Of a DNA stretch of 64,000 nucleotides, positions 56,001-64,000 are shown one piece after another. Origin of the DNA: Gemmatimonadota bacterium (GTDB taxonomy: Bacteria; Gemmatimonadota; Gemmatimonadetes; Gemmatimonadales; GWC2-71-9); contig JBGOUQ010000011.1 of assembly GCA_041477065.1 (NCBI GenBank), positions 33,423-97,422 on the forward strand. Direction: 5' to 3'. Position 1 is the stretch's first letter; every line of letters begins with the position of its first letter. The translations under genes were made by a program, and so were the position numbers. The notes beneath the pieces are model-generated. The model worked only from the letters and a program-made list of their open reading frames with translations. It was not told the origin of the DNA and made no database searches.

Positions 56001-56923
56001 GCAGTCTCCTGGCGCGGATCGAGGGCGTCGCGCAGCGCGTCACCCACGGCGTTCAGGGCCATCACGACGAGGGCGATGGCGAGCCCGGGGAACAGCGTGG
56101 TCCAGGGCGCCGAGGTGATCTGGTCCTTGCCGTCGGCGATCATGTTCCCCCAGCTCGGCGTCGGCGGCGCCACCCCCATGCCGAGGAAGGACAGCGAGGC
56201 CTCGAGCAGCATCACGCTGCCGATCCCGAGCGCCGCCGAGACGATGATCGGCGCGATGGCGTTGGGGAGCACATGCCGAAACATAACGCGCGCCGGCACG
56301 GCGCCCAGCGCTCGGGCCGCGTCCACGTAGGCGCGCTCCCGCAGCGACAACACCTCGGCCCGCACCAGCCGGCCGGTGGCGAACCAGCCGGTCAGGCCGA
56401 TGGCGAGCACGAGCGGTACGAGCGGCAGCTGCCGCCACAGCGCGATGATCATCAGCAGCAGGAAAATCCGGGGGACCGCGAGTCCCACGTCCACGCTCCG
56501 CATCAGCACGGCGTCGACCCAGCGGCGGAAGTACCCCGACACCAGTCCGACCACCGTTCCGGCGGTGAGGGCGACGAGCATGGCCAGCGCCCCGACCGCG
56601 AGGGACACCTGGGCGCCGAACACCAGGCGGCTGAGGACGTCGCGGCTGTACAGATCGGTTCCGAGCGGATGGGTCCACGACGGCGGCTGGCTCTGGAGGT
56701 TGACGATGTCCAGCTGGCGCGCGGGGTCGAACGGCGCCACGAGCGCGGCGCAGACGGCGATCAGCACGAAGAAAACGAGCACCCCCGTGCCGAAGCCGGC
56801 GGTGGGGTTTCGGAAGAACCGGCGTCCGGCGTCGCTGCCCGCGGTGCGAGCGCGCAGCGCCAGGACCGCCGCAACCGCGGCGATCAGGATCACGAGCAGC
56901 GCCGTCCAATGCCGCGGCGTCAC
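55997..56923 (-). CDS. oppC: Oligopeptide ABC permease (OppC/DppC)
   Basis: [37 protein letters not shown]. Confidence 0.92.
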   Translation of the reverse strand: MTPRHWTALLVILIAAVAAVLALRARTAGSDAGRRFFRNPTAGFGTGVLVFFVLIAVCAALVAPFDPARQLDIVNLQSQPPSWTHPLGTDLYSRDVLSRLVFGAQVSLAVGALAMLVALTAGTVVGLVSGYFRRWVDAVLMRSVDVGLAVPRIFLLLMIIALWRQLPLVPLVLAIGLTGWFATGRLVRAEVLSLRERAYVDAARALGAVPARVMFRHVLPNAIAPIIVSAALGIGSVMLLEASLSFLGMGVAPPTPSWGNMIADGKDQITSAPWTTLFPGLAIALVVMALNAVGDALRDALDPRQETA

Positions 56924-57906
56924 GGGCGGCCCCTATCGGGCACCAGACGGATGCGCGGGTCGGCGAGGACGTACAGCACGTCGGCGAGGAGACTGCCCGC
57001 GACGACCATCACCGATGCGAGCAGGGTCGTCGCCAGGACGATCGGATAGTCCCGCGTGAAGATCGCCTCCGCGGCGAGCCGGCCCATGCCCGGCCAGGAA
57101 AACACGCTCTCGACGAGCACCGCCCCGGTGAGCAGGAAAGGCAGGGCGAGGCCGAAGAGCGTGATCAGCGGAAGCAGGGCGTTGCGCCAGGTGTGCACGA
57201 GCCAGATGCGCCGCTCGCCCAGCCCCTTGGCCCGGGCGGTGCGGATGAAGTCCTGGCCCGTCACCTCGAGCAGCGCGGCTCGCTGATAACGCGCCGTCCC
57301 GCCGGCGCCGGCGAGTCCCAGCGCCACAGCCGGGAGCACGAGATGCCAGGCGCGGTCGGCCACGCGGCCCAGCCAGGTGAGGGAGGGGTAGAGCACCGGG
57401 TCCCGATCGCCGCCGACCGGGAGCCAGTGCAGCAGCTGGCCGAAGACCAGGAGCAGCAGCAAGGCGAGCCAGAACGTGGGCACGGAGTGCAGGAAGAGCG
57501 TGGCGTTGCCGAGCGCCAGGTCGGCGCGGCCTCGGGCGCGGACGGCTTGGATCAATCCGACGGCGGTGCCGATCAGGAAGTCGATGAGGAGCGCGGCCCC
57601 CGAGAGGAGCAGGGTGCTCGGCACGGCGACGGCGAGGATCTCACCCACAGGGCGCCGGAGGCTGAAGGACACGCCGAAGTTACCGTGCAGCAGCGCGCTC
57701 AGGTACTTCACGTACTGCTCGCCCAGCGGGCGGTCGAGGCCGAACTGGCGGCGTAAGCCATCGACCACAGATGGATCGAGGCTCCGGTCGCCGCCTGGGA
57801 GGAAGGGCGTGCCGGGTGCGAGGTGAATCAGAATGAAGGTGAGGGTGACGACCGCGAGAACGATGGCGATTGCGGCGGCGCAGCGCCGCACGAGCCACGC
57901 CGTCAC
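56920..57906 (-). CDS. oppB: Oligopeptide ABC permease (OppB/DppB)
   Basis: FGLDRPL, DFIRTARAKGL, ESVFSWPGMG, RDYP, DPRI. Confidence 0.92.
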   Translation of the reverse strand: MTAWLVRRCAAAIAIVLAVVTLTFILIHLAPGTPFLPGGDRSLDPSVVDGLRRQFGLDRPLGEQYVKYLSALLHGNFGVSFSLRRPVGEILAVAVPSTLLLSGAALLIDFLIGTAVGLIQAVRARGRADLALGNATLFLHSVPTFWLALLLLLVFGQLLHWLPVGGDRDPVLYPSLTWLGRVADRAWHLVLPAVALGLAGAGGTARYQRAALLEVTGQDFIRTARAKGLGERRIWLVHTWRNALLPLITLFGLALPFLLTGAVLVESVFSWPGMGRLAAEAIFTRDYPIVLATTLLASVMVVAGSLLADVLYVLADPRIRLVPDRGRP

Positions 57907-59547
57907 CTAACGCTCCACGCGGTCTCGGTCGTTCAGTCGGTCGGCGGGGATGCGCCACGTGGGGATCAGCGCCCACCAGGCGTCGGGGCGGATCCGCACG
58001 TCCGCCACGCGCCGGTCCACGGCGGCGACGGGTCGGACGGCGTACAGCCAGGCGGCCGGCGCGTCGTCGTTGAGGAGGTCAAACGCCTCGCGCCAGGCGC
58101 GCGCGAACGCGCCGGCGTCGGGGGCACGCCGCGCCGCAACGAGTGCCCGCTCGAACGCCGGATTGGCGTAGTGCCCGTAGTTCCCCGCGGCGTCCCGGCT
58201 CCAGTGCTGGGGCACGCTCGAGGTCGGCGTCGGGTCGGCTTGGTAGGACTGCATCGCCGCGTCGAAATCGCCGCGCGCCAGGCGATCCTGCATGAGGTTG
58301 TCTTCGACGTCGACGATCTTCACGTCGACGCCCACCACGCGCAGCTGGGCCTGAATGAGGCGGGAGAACTGGCGGCGGATGGCGCTTTGCGGCACCAACA
58401 GCTCGATCGACAGACGCTGTCCGTCGTGGTCCCGAATGCCGTCGCCGTCGGTATCGCGCCAGCCGCGCTGGGCGAGCAGGCGGTTGGCCTGCCCGGTGTC
58501 GTACGGCACGGTGCGGATCGTCGAGTCCCACACGCTCCAGGAGAGCGGCATCGGCCCGGGCGGCACGCGGCCCACGTCGCCGAGCACGCTCTGGCACAAT
58601 GCCTCGCGATCCAACGCCAGCACCAGCGCCCGCCGAACGTCGCGGTCCTGGAGAAGGGGGCGCGTCAGGTTGAATCCCAGATAGCCGTAGGCCGCGCCCT
58701 TGTAGGGGTAGGTCGCGAGGTGAGGCGTCTGCTCGGCCTGCCGCACCATGCTGGGCGGCCCGAGGAACTCGGTGGCGTCCGCCTGGCCGGCCAGCACCAT
58801 CGTGACGGCCGCAGGCAGGTTGGCGGCGAACTGCCAAATCAAGCGCCGGATATGCGGGCGACCCAGAAAGAACGTCGAATCGGCGCCGAGCTCGACGCTC
58901 TGCCCTGGGGTCCACGAGACGAACCGGTAGGGGCCGTCGCCGATGGGAGCGCGTCCGAACGCCGCCGTCGCCCAGCGCGATCGCGGCACGGAATCGAGCA
59001 GGTGCCGCGGCAATACGTACATGTGGTAGACCGCGTCGTAGAACATCTCGGGGTAACGCTCCCGAAACTTGAACACCGCGGTGAGCGAGTCTCGGGCGAT
59101 GACGGATACGATGCCTGAGAGCAGCGGACGCGACCCGGCGTTCACGACGGAATCGGCGTAGGCGGCGAAGGTGAATGCCACGTCGGCGGCGGTGACCGGC
59201 GGGCCGTCTTGCCACCGCGCCCGCGGATCGAGTTGGAACACCAGCGTGGTCGGCGATTCCCAGGCCCAGCGCCGCGCCAATTGGGGCTGGAAGTCCCGGT
59301 CGCCGACCGTATTCAGCGACGGCCCGATATCCGCGAGCTTCAGGAGGATCTGCTGATAGATGTCCCGGGAAAGGCCCTGAACGCTGACGGGCGGAAGGAG
59401 GATGTCGGGCTGGCCGCCGTCGGCGAAGACCAAGGTGCCACAGTAATCACCGGAGCACTGTACCTGGGTGTGGGGGCGGCCGGAGGCCGCGAGCAACGTG
59501 AGGACGGCGAGGGCGAGGGGCGTGAAGTGCTTCGCGGCTGCGCGCAT
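57907..59547 (-). CDS. oppA: Family 5 peptide ABC substrate-binding protein
   Basis: WQDGPPVTAADVAFT, PIGDGPYRF, DVRRAL, GWRDTDGDG. Confidence 0.9.
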   Translation of the reverse strand: MRAAAKHFTPLALAVLTLLAASGRPHTQVQCSGDYCGTLVFADGGQPDILLPPVSVQGLSRDIYQQILLKLADIGPSLNTVGDRDFQPQLARRWAWESPTTLVFQLDPRARWQDGPPVTAADVAFTFAAYADSVVNAGSRPLLSGIVSVIARDSLTAVFKFRERYPEMFYDAVYHMYVLPRHLLDSVPRSRWATAAFGRAPIGDGPYRFVSWTPGQSVELGADSTFFLGRPHIRRLIWQFAANLPAAVTMVLAGQADATEFLGPPSMVRQAEQTPHLATYPYKGAAYGYLGFNLTRPLLQDRDVRRALVLALDREALCQSVLGDVGRVPPGPMPLSWSVWDSTIRTVPYDTGQANRLLAQRGWRDTDGDGIRDHDGQRLSIELLVPQSAIRRQFSRLIQAQLRVVGVDVKIVDVEDNLMQDRLARGDFDAAMQSYQADPTPTSSVPQHWSRDAAGNYGHYANPAFERALVAARRAPDAGAFARAWREAFDLLNDDAPAAWLYAVRPVAAVDRRVADVRIRPDAWWALIPTWRIPADRLNDRDRVER

Positions 59548-59571
59548 GTCGCCAAAGATTCCACCGCCGAG

Positions 59572-60369
59572 CTAGCGGCGCCAGGTCCAGGCGGGGTCCA
59601 GGTAGTCGGATTGTCGAACGGGCGGATGGGCGGACAGGGGTTCGGGGTGCCCCCAGGCGTCGACGATGGCCTCCGCAACCTCGGCGAAGGCCACGGGACG
59701 GCGCAGGACGGCCGACAGGGAGGTCTCTCCACTCTCGGCCGACGGCCGAGTGCTGACGGCTCGGACGAGGTCCTGCGATCCATCGAGGAGGATCGACCCG
59801 TGCTGCAGGAACGCGGTACCGTGGCGAACCTGGGCCGAGCCGATCACCTTGCGGCCGCCGGCGAGAACCTCTCCGCCGACCGGCGCCGCGAAGCAGGCGC
59901 GGGGACCATCGGAGGGACGCAGCGGCGCACGCTCGGAGGCGAGCGTCGCATCGACACCCAGCGCCCGCAGCGCGGCCGCCAACCGCTCATGAATCGCGAC
60001 GTAGCTCTCCCGCAGTGAGCCGAAGGCCGTGACCGGGGCGGCGACCGCGTACGTCACCTCGTGCGCGTGCCAAACCGCCCGGCCCCCCGTGGGACGGCGC
60101 ACGACGCCGATGCCGAGCCGCTCGATGGCGGCGCGGTCGTAGCGCGCGAGCGCCGGCTCGTTCCGGCCGAAGGAAAGGCAGGGGGGATCCCACCGGTACA
60201 ACCGCAACACGGCTCTCCCCGAGCGGTCCGCCTCTTCGAGCAGGGCCTGGTCGATCGCCATGTTGTCCGCGCCGGGACGGCCGAGCGGATCGAGGAGCAG
60301 CTCCCAGACAATTGCAGATTGAACTGGGCCCGCCGAATCCGCAATCGACAATCCGCAATCCGCAATCAT
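59572..60369 (-). CDS. Lipoate-protein ligase A / LipM-like octanoyltransferase
   Basis: ATGA overlap with gcvP; [41 protein letters not shown]. Confidence 0.9.
   Translation of the reverse strand: MIADCGLSIADSAGPVQSAIVWELLLDPLGRPGADNMAIDQALLEEADRSGRAVLRLYRWDPPCLSFGRNEPALARYDRAAIERLGIGVVRRPTGGRAVWHAHEVTYAVAAPVTAFGSLRESYVAIHERLAAALRALGVDATLASERAPLRPSDGPRACFAAPVGGEVLAGGRKVIGSAQVRHGTAFLQHGSILLDGSQDLVRAVSTRPSAESGETSLSAVLRRPVAFAEVAEAIVDAWGHPEPLSAHPPVRQSDYLDPAWTWRR
60311..60367. repeat. Heptamer array (AATCCGC)n with inverted partner arm
   Basis: ATTGCAGATTG ... AATCCGC-AATCGAC-AATCCGC-AATCCGC-AATC. Confidence 0.85.
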
Positions 60370-63257
60370 GTGGTCGCGTACGCTTCGATCGGCGGGCAGA
60401 CGCACACCAGGTTCCGGTCGCCGTAGGCGCCGTCGATGCGGCCGACGGGTGGCCAAATCTTGTGATCGCGCGTCGCTGGGGTGGGGAAGGCCGCGCGCTC
60501 GCGGGAGTAGGGCCGGTCCCAAACCTCCGCGAGCAAGTCCGCCAACGGGTGGGGCGCATGCTTGAGGAGGTTGTTCTCCCGGTCGGCTTCGCCCCGCTCG
60601 ATCTCGCGGATCTCGCCGCGGATCGCGATCAGGGCGTCGCAGAAGCGGTCCAGCTCTTCCTTGGACTCGCTCTCGGTCGGCTCGACCATCAGGGTGCCCG
60701 CCACGGGGAAGGAGACCGTGGGCGGATGGAACCCGTAGTCGATCAGCCGCTTGGCGATGTCTTCGACCTCGACGCCGGCCGAGACCTTGAAGGGCCGCAT
60801 GTCGAGAATGCACTCGTGGGCGATCAGGCCGTGCTGGCCTGCGTACAGCAGGCCGACGTGACCTTCCAGCCGCTTGGCGATGTAATTGGCGTTGAGGATC
60901 GCGAGTTTCGTCGCCTCGACCAGGTGCTCGCGGCCCATCATCGCGATGTACGCCCACGAGATCGGCAGGATCGACGGGCTTCCCCACGGCGCGGCCGAGA
61001 CGGTCCCGCAGCTCTGCGGTGCCCCGAGGTCCACCATCGGATGACCGGGAAGGAACGGCGCGAGGTGGGTCGCGACGCCGATCGGTCCCATGCCGGGTCC
61101 GCCGCCGCCGTGCGGAATGCAAAACGTCTTGTGGAGGTTCAGGTGGCAGACGTCGGCGCCGATGTCGCCCGGGCGGCACAGGCCGACTTGGGCGTTCATG
61201 TTGGCCCCGTCCATGTAAACCTGGCCGCCGTGGGCGTGCACGACCCGGCAGCTCTCCTTGATAGACGCCTCGAACACGCCATGAGTGGACGGATAGGTGA
61301 CCATCAAGGCGGCGAGCGTGTCCTTGTGTTGAGCGGCCTTGGCGGCGAGGTCGGCCACGTCGATGTTGCCGCGCTCGTCGGTCTTCACGGCCACCACCTG
61401 CATACCGGCCATGACCGCGCTGGCGGGGTTCGTGCCGTGCGCCGACTGCGGGATCAGGCACGTGGTGCGGTGCCCCTGGCCGCGTGCGCGGTGGTAGGCG
61501 CGGATCACCAGCAGCCCGGCGAACTCTCCCTGCGAGCCGGCGTTGGGCTGGAGCGAGACCTTGGCGAACCCGGTGATCTCGGCGAGCCAGCCTTCCAGCT
61601 GGCGGAACAGCTCGGCGTACCCGCGCGCCTGCTCGCGCGGGGCGAAGGGATGGAGCCTGCCGAACTCGGCCCAGGTCACCGGAATCATCTCGGTCGTGGC
61701 GTTGAGCTTCATGGTGCACGAGCCGAGCGGGATCATCGCCGAGGTGAGCGAGAGGTCGCGGTCCTCGAGCTTCTTCAGGTACCGCAGCATCTCGGTCTCG
61801 GAGTGGTGCGTGTTGAAGACTGGGTGCGTACAGAACGGGGCGGTACGGGCCTGCCCGGCGGGAATCGCCCGCCCTCCTGCCGAGGAGCGGGCCAGGTCTT
61901 CGAGCTTGAACGGGACGGTCTTGCCCAGGGCGAAGGCGGCGACCAGGTCCGCAACGTCCGCCAGGCCGGTCGTCTCGTCCAGTGCCACTCCGATTCGGGT
62001 GGCCGAGAGGGTGCGGAGGTTGATCCGACGCGCGCGTGCGGCGGCGATGATCTTGGCGTGGGCGGCGGCGTCGACATCCACCGCGAGCGTGTCGAAGAAC
62101 TCGGCGTGGGCGAGGCGAAAGCCGAGGCGCGTGAGGGCGGCGGCCAGAATGGTGGTGTGGGCGTGCACCCGCTCGGCGATGCGCCGGAGCCCATCGGGGC
62201 CGTGGTAGACGGCGTACATCCCGGCGACGACGGCGAGCAGCACCTGCGCCGTGCACACGTTGCTCGTCGCCTTGTCGCGGCGGATGTGTTGCTCGCGCGT
62301 TTGCAGGGCCATGCGCAGGCCCGGCCGCCCCGCTTTGTCGCGGGAGACGCCGATGATCCGCCCCGGCAGGTGGCGCTTGTGCTGATCGCGCGTCGCGAAG
62401 AACGCCGCGTGCGGTCCCCCGTAGCCCAGCGGGACGCCGAAGCGCTGCGAATTCCCCACCGCGATGTCGGCGCCCCACTCCGCAGCCGGGGTGAGCAGGG
62501 TCAGCGCCAGCAGGTCGGTCGCGGCGGTGACCAAGGCGCCGGCCGCGTGCGCGGCGTCGCAAACGCCGCGGTAGTCGCGCACGGCGCCGTCCGTCGCCGG
62601 GTACTGCACCAGGGCGCCGATCACGCCGGCGCCGAACTTGAAGGTGGCAGGGTCGGCGACGACGATCTCCACGCCGCGCACCTCGGCGCGCGTGCGCACG
62701 ACCGCAATGGTTTGCGGGTGGCACTGTGCGTCTACGAGATAGACCCGCGGGCCCTCGTGCACCGCGACTGCCTCGGTCAGGTGCATCGCTTCGGCCGCGG
62801 CGGTCCCCTCGTCGAGCAGCGAAGCATTGGCGATTTCCAGGCCGGTCAGGTCCGAGACCATCGTCTGGAAGTTGAGCAACGCCTCGAGCCGGCCCTGCGC
62901 GATCTCCGCTTGGTAGGGTGTGTAGGCCGTGTACCAGCCGGGGTTTTCGAGGACATTGCGCAGGATCACCGGCGGGGTGAGGCAGTCGTGATACCCCATG
63001 CCGAGGTAGGAGCGGAACACCTGGTTCTGCGTGGCGAGCCGGCGCAGCTCGACCAGCGCCTCCTGCTCGCTGCGGGCGGGCGGCAGGTCGAGCGGCCCGC
63101 GGAGACGGATGTCGGCCGGGATAACGGCATCGATGAACGCGTCGAGTGAGGCGTACCCCAGCGTGTCGAGCATCGCCCGCACCTCGTCCGGACCGGGCCC
63201 GATGTGGCGGGCGGCGAAGACGTCGGGGTGCTGGAGCCGGTCGGAGGCGGAAGACAT
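60366..63257 (-). CDS. gcvP: Glycine dehydrogenase (decarboxylating), single-chain P protein
   Basis: [45 protein letters not shown]. Confidence 0.98.
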   Translation of the reverse strand: MSSASDRLQHPDVFAARHIGPGPDEVRAMLDTLGYASLDAFIDAVIPADIRLRGPLDLPPARSEQEALVELRRLATQNQVFRSYLGMGYHDCLTPPVILRNVLENPGWYTAYTPYQAEIAQGRLEALLNFQTMVSDLTGLEIANASLLDEGTAAAEAMHLTEAVAVHEGPRVYLVDAQCHPQTIAVVRTRAEVRGVEIVVADPATFKFGAGVIGALVQYPATDGAVRDYRGVCDAAHAAGALVTAATDLLALTLLTPAAEWGADIAVGNSQRFGVPLGYGGPHAAFFATRDQHKRHLPGRIIGVSRDKAGRPGLRMALQTREQHIRRDKATSNVCTAQVLLAVVAGMYAVYHGPDGLRRIAERVHAHTTILAAALTRLGFRLAHAEFFDTLAVDVDAAAHAKIIAAARARRINLRTLSATRIGVALDETTGLADVADLVAAFALGKTVPFKLEDLARSSAGGRAIPAGQARTAPFCTHPVFNTHHSETEMLRYLKKLEDRDLSLTSAMIPLGSCTMKLNATTEMIPVTWAEFGRLHPFAPREQARGYAELFRQLEGWLAEITGFAKVSLQPNAGSQGEFAGLLVIRAYHRARGQGHRTTCLIPQSAHGTNPASAVMAGMQVVAVKTDERGNIDVADLAAKAAQHKDTLAALMVTYPSTHGVFEASIKESCRVVHAHGGQVYMDGANMNAQVGLCRPGDIGADVCHLNLHKTFCIPHGGGGPGMGPIGVATHLAPFLPGHPMVDLGAPQSCGTVSAAPWGSPSILPISWAYIAMMGREHLVEATKLAILNANYIAKRLEGHVGLLYAGQHGLIAHECILDMRPFKVSAGVEVEDIAKRLIDYGFHPPTVSFPVAGTLMVEPTESESKEELDRFCDALIAIRGEIREIERGEADRENNLLKHAPHPLADLLAEVWDRPYSRERAAFPTPATRDHKIWPPVGRIDGAYGDRNLVCVCPPIEAYATT

Positions 63258-63265
63258 GGCGACGC

Positions 63266-63949
63266 TCAGGAGTGTTTGAGGGACTCGCCGGGCTTCAGCA
63301 CCACGACGTCCGCCCGGTTGCCGACCCGGCGGCGGAACTCCTGCGGGTCGGCCTTGATGACGTCGAAAGTGTTGTAGTGCATCGGAATCGCGATCTGCGG
63401 CTTCACGAACTCGACGGCGCGCACCGCATCCTCGATGCCCATCGTGTAGTTGTCGCCGATCGGGAGCAACATCACGTCCACGCGGCCCTCGAGCAGCTGC
63501 ATCTCCACGGTGAGCGCCGTGTCCCCCGTGTGGTAGACGGTCTTGCCGCCCGTGGTGAGCACCAGGCCGCACGGAGCAGTCGTATACTTGCCGGACGGAT
63601 CCCCCTCGACCCGGCCACCGTGGAACGCGGGGACGAGCTTCACCGTGCCCCAGGAGAACTGATGCGCGCCGCCGACGTGCATGCTGTGCGACGTCGCGCC
63701 CTGGTCGGCGCAGTACTGGGCCAGCTCGTAGGTGGCGACGATGGTGGCGCCGTGCTTCTTGGCGATCGGCACGGCGTCCCCCAGATGGTCGCCGTGACCG
63801 TGGGAGAGCAGGATGGCGTCGATCTTGGGGAGCTTGTCGGGCCCGATGTCGGCGGTGGGGTTGCCGGTGAGGAACGGGTCGATGAGGATGCGGCGGCCGT
63901 CCGCCTCGACGAGGAAGCAGGAGTGGCCGTGAAACGTCAGAGTCAGCAT
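63266..63949 (-). CDS. Metal-dependent hydrolase, MBL fold (UPF0173/YtkL-like)
   Basis: [30 protein letters not shown]. Confidence 0.93.
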   Translation of the reverse strand: MLTLTFHGHSCFLVEADGRRILIDPFLTGNPTADIGPDKLPKIDAILLSHGHGDHLGDAVPIAKKHGATIVATYELAQYCADQGATSHSMHVGGAHQFSWGTVKLVPAFHGGRVEGDPSGKYTTAPCGLVLTTGGKTVYHTGDTALTVEMQLLEGRVDVMLLPIGDNYTMGIEDAVRAVEFVKPQIAIPMHYNTFDVIKADPQEFRRRVGNRADVVVLKPGESLKHS

Positions 63950-64000
63950 TCAGCCCTCAGCGATCTTCCGCTCAGGCCCCCCCCCCGATGTGCTTTGCGT

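Noticed and set aside
59572-63149. 1050-aa and 945-aa ORFs overlapping gcvP
   Set aside because: Alternate-frame and antisense shadows; only 59572-60369 of the former is a real gene
63950-64000. Possible 3' end of an upstream gene or glycine riboswitch
   Set aside because: Only 16 codons visible and no riboswitch motif; cannot be assigned

Overview
High-GC bacterial chromosomal segment, gene-dense and mostly housekeeping. The gene families (SusC/SusD pair, plug-only TonB lipoprotein, Hanks kinases with TPR tails, PorV-like barrel) suggest Gemmatimonadota; this is inference. In order: end of a SusC/SusD pair; a TPM - nucleotidyltransferase-like - LemA operon; M23 peptidase; dnaE-accA-PSP1/RicT-metG operon; antiporter / metallopeptidase / PorV-like / aminopeptidase operon; gdhA; M20 dipeptidase; Ser/Thr kinase; lipA-pdhABC-lpdA-lipB cluster; thiO; a glycosyltransferase cluster (GT4, GT2-DUF3108 fusion, deoxyhypusine-synthase-like gene); hybrid histidine kinase; a TonB receptor operon with C26 hydrolase and SCP2; FmdB-PspA-DUF1028; POT transporter; a solo Y1 (IS200/RAYT-like) transposase flanked by inverted 30-nt palindromes; a second kinase; an Opp/Dpp ABC transporter; lipoate ligase; gcvP. 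I saw no rRNA, tRNA or CRISPR array. Best leads: (1) the TPM-NTase(SDLN)-LemA module; (2) degenerate 7-nt tandem arrays, often in inverted pairs, both between genes and inside core genes; (3) the tnpA/REP-like element; (4) the GT2-DUF3108 fusion; (5) probable leaderless promoters and CTG starts. All family calls come from recognising motifs by eye, with no database search.
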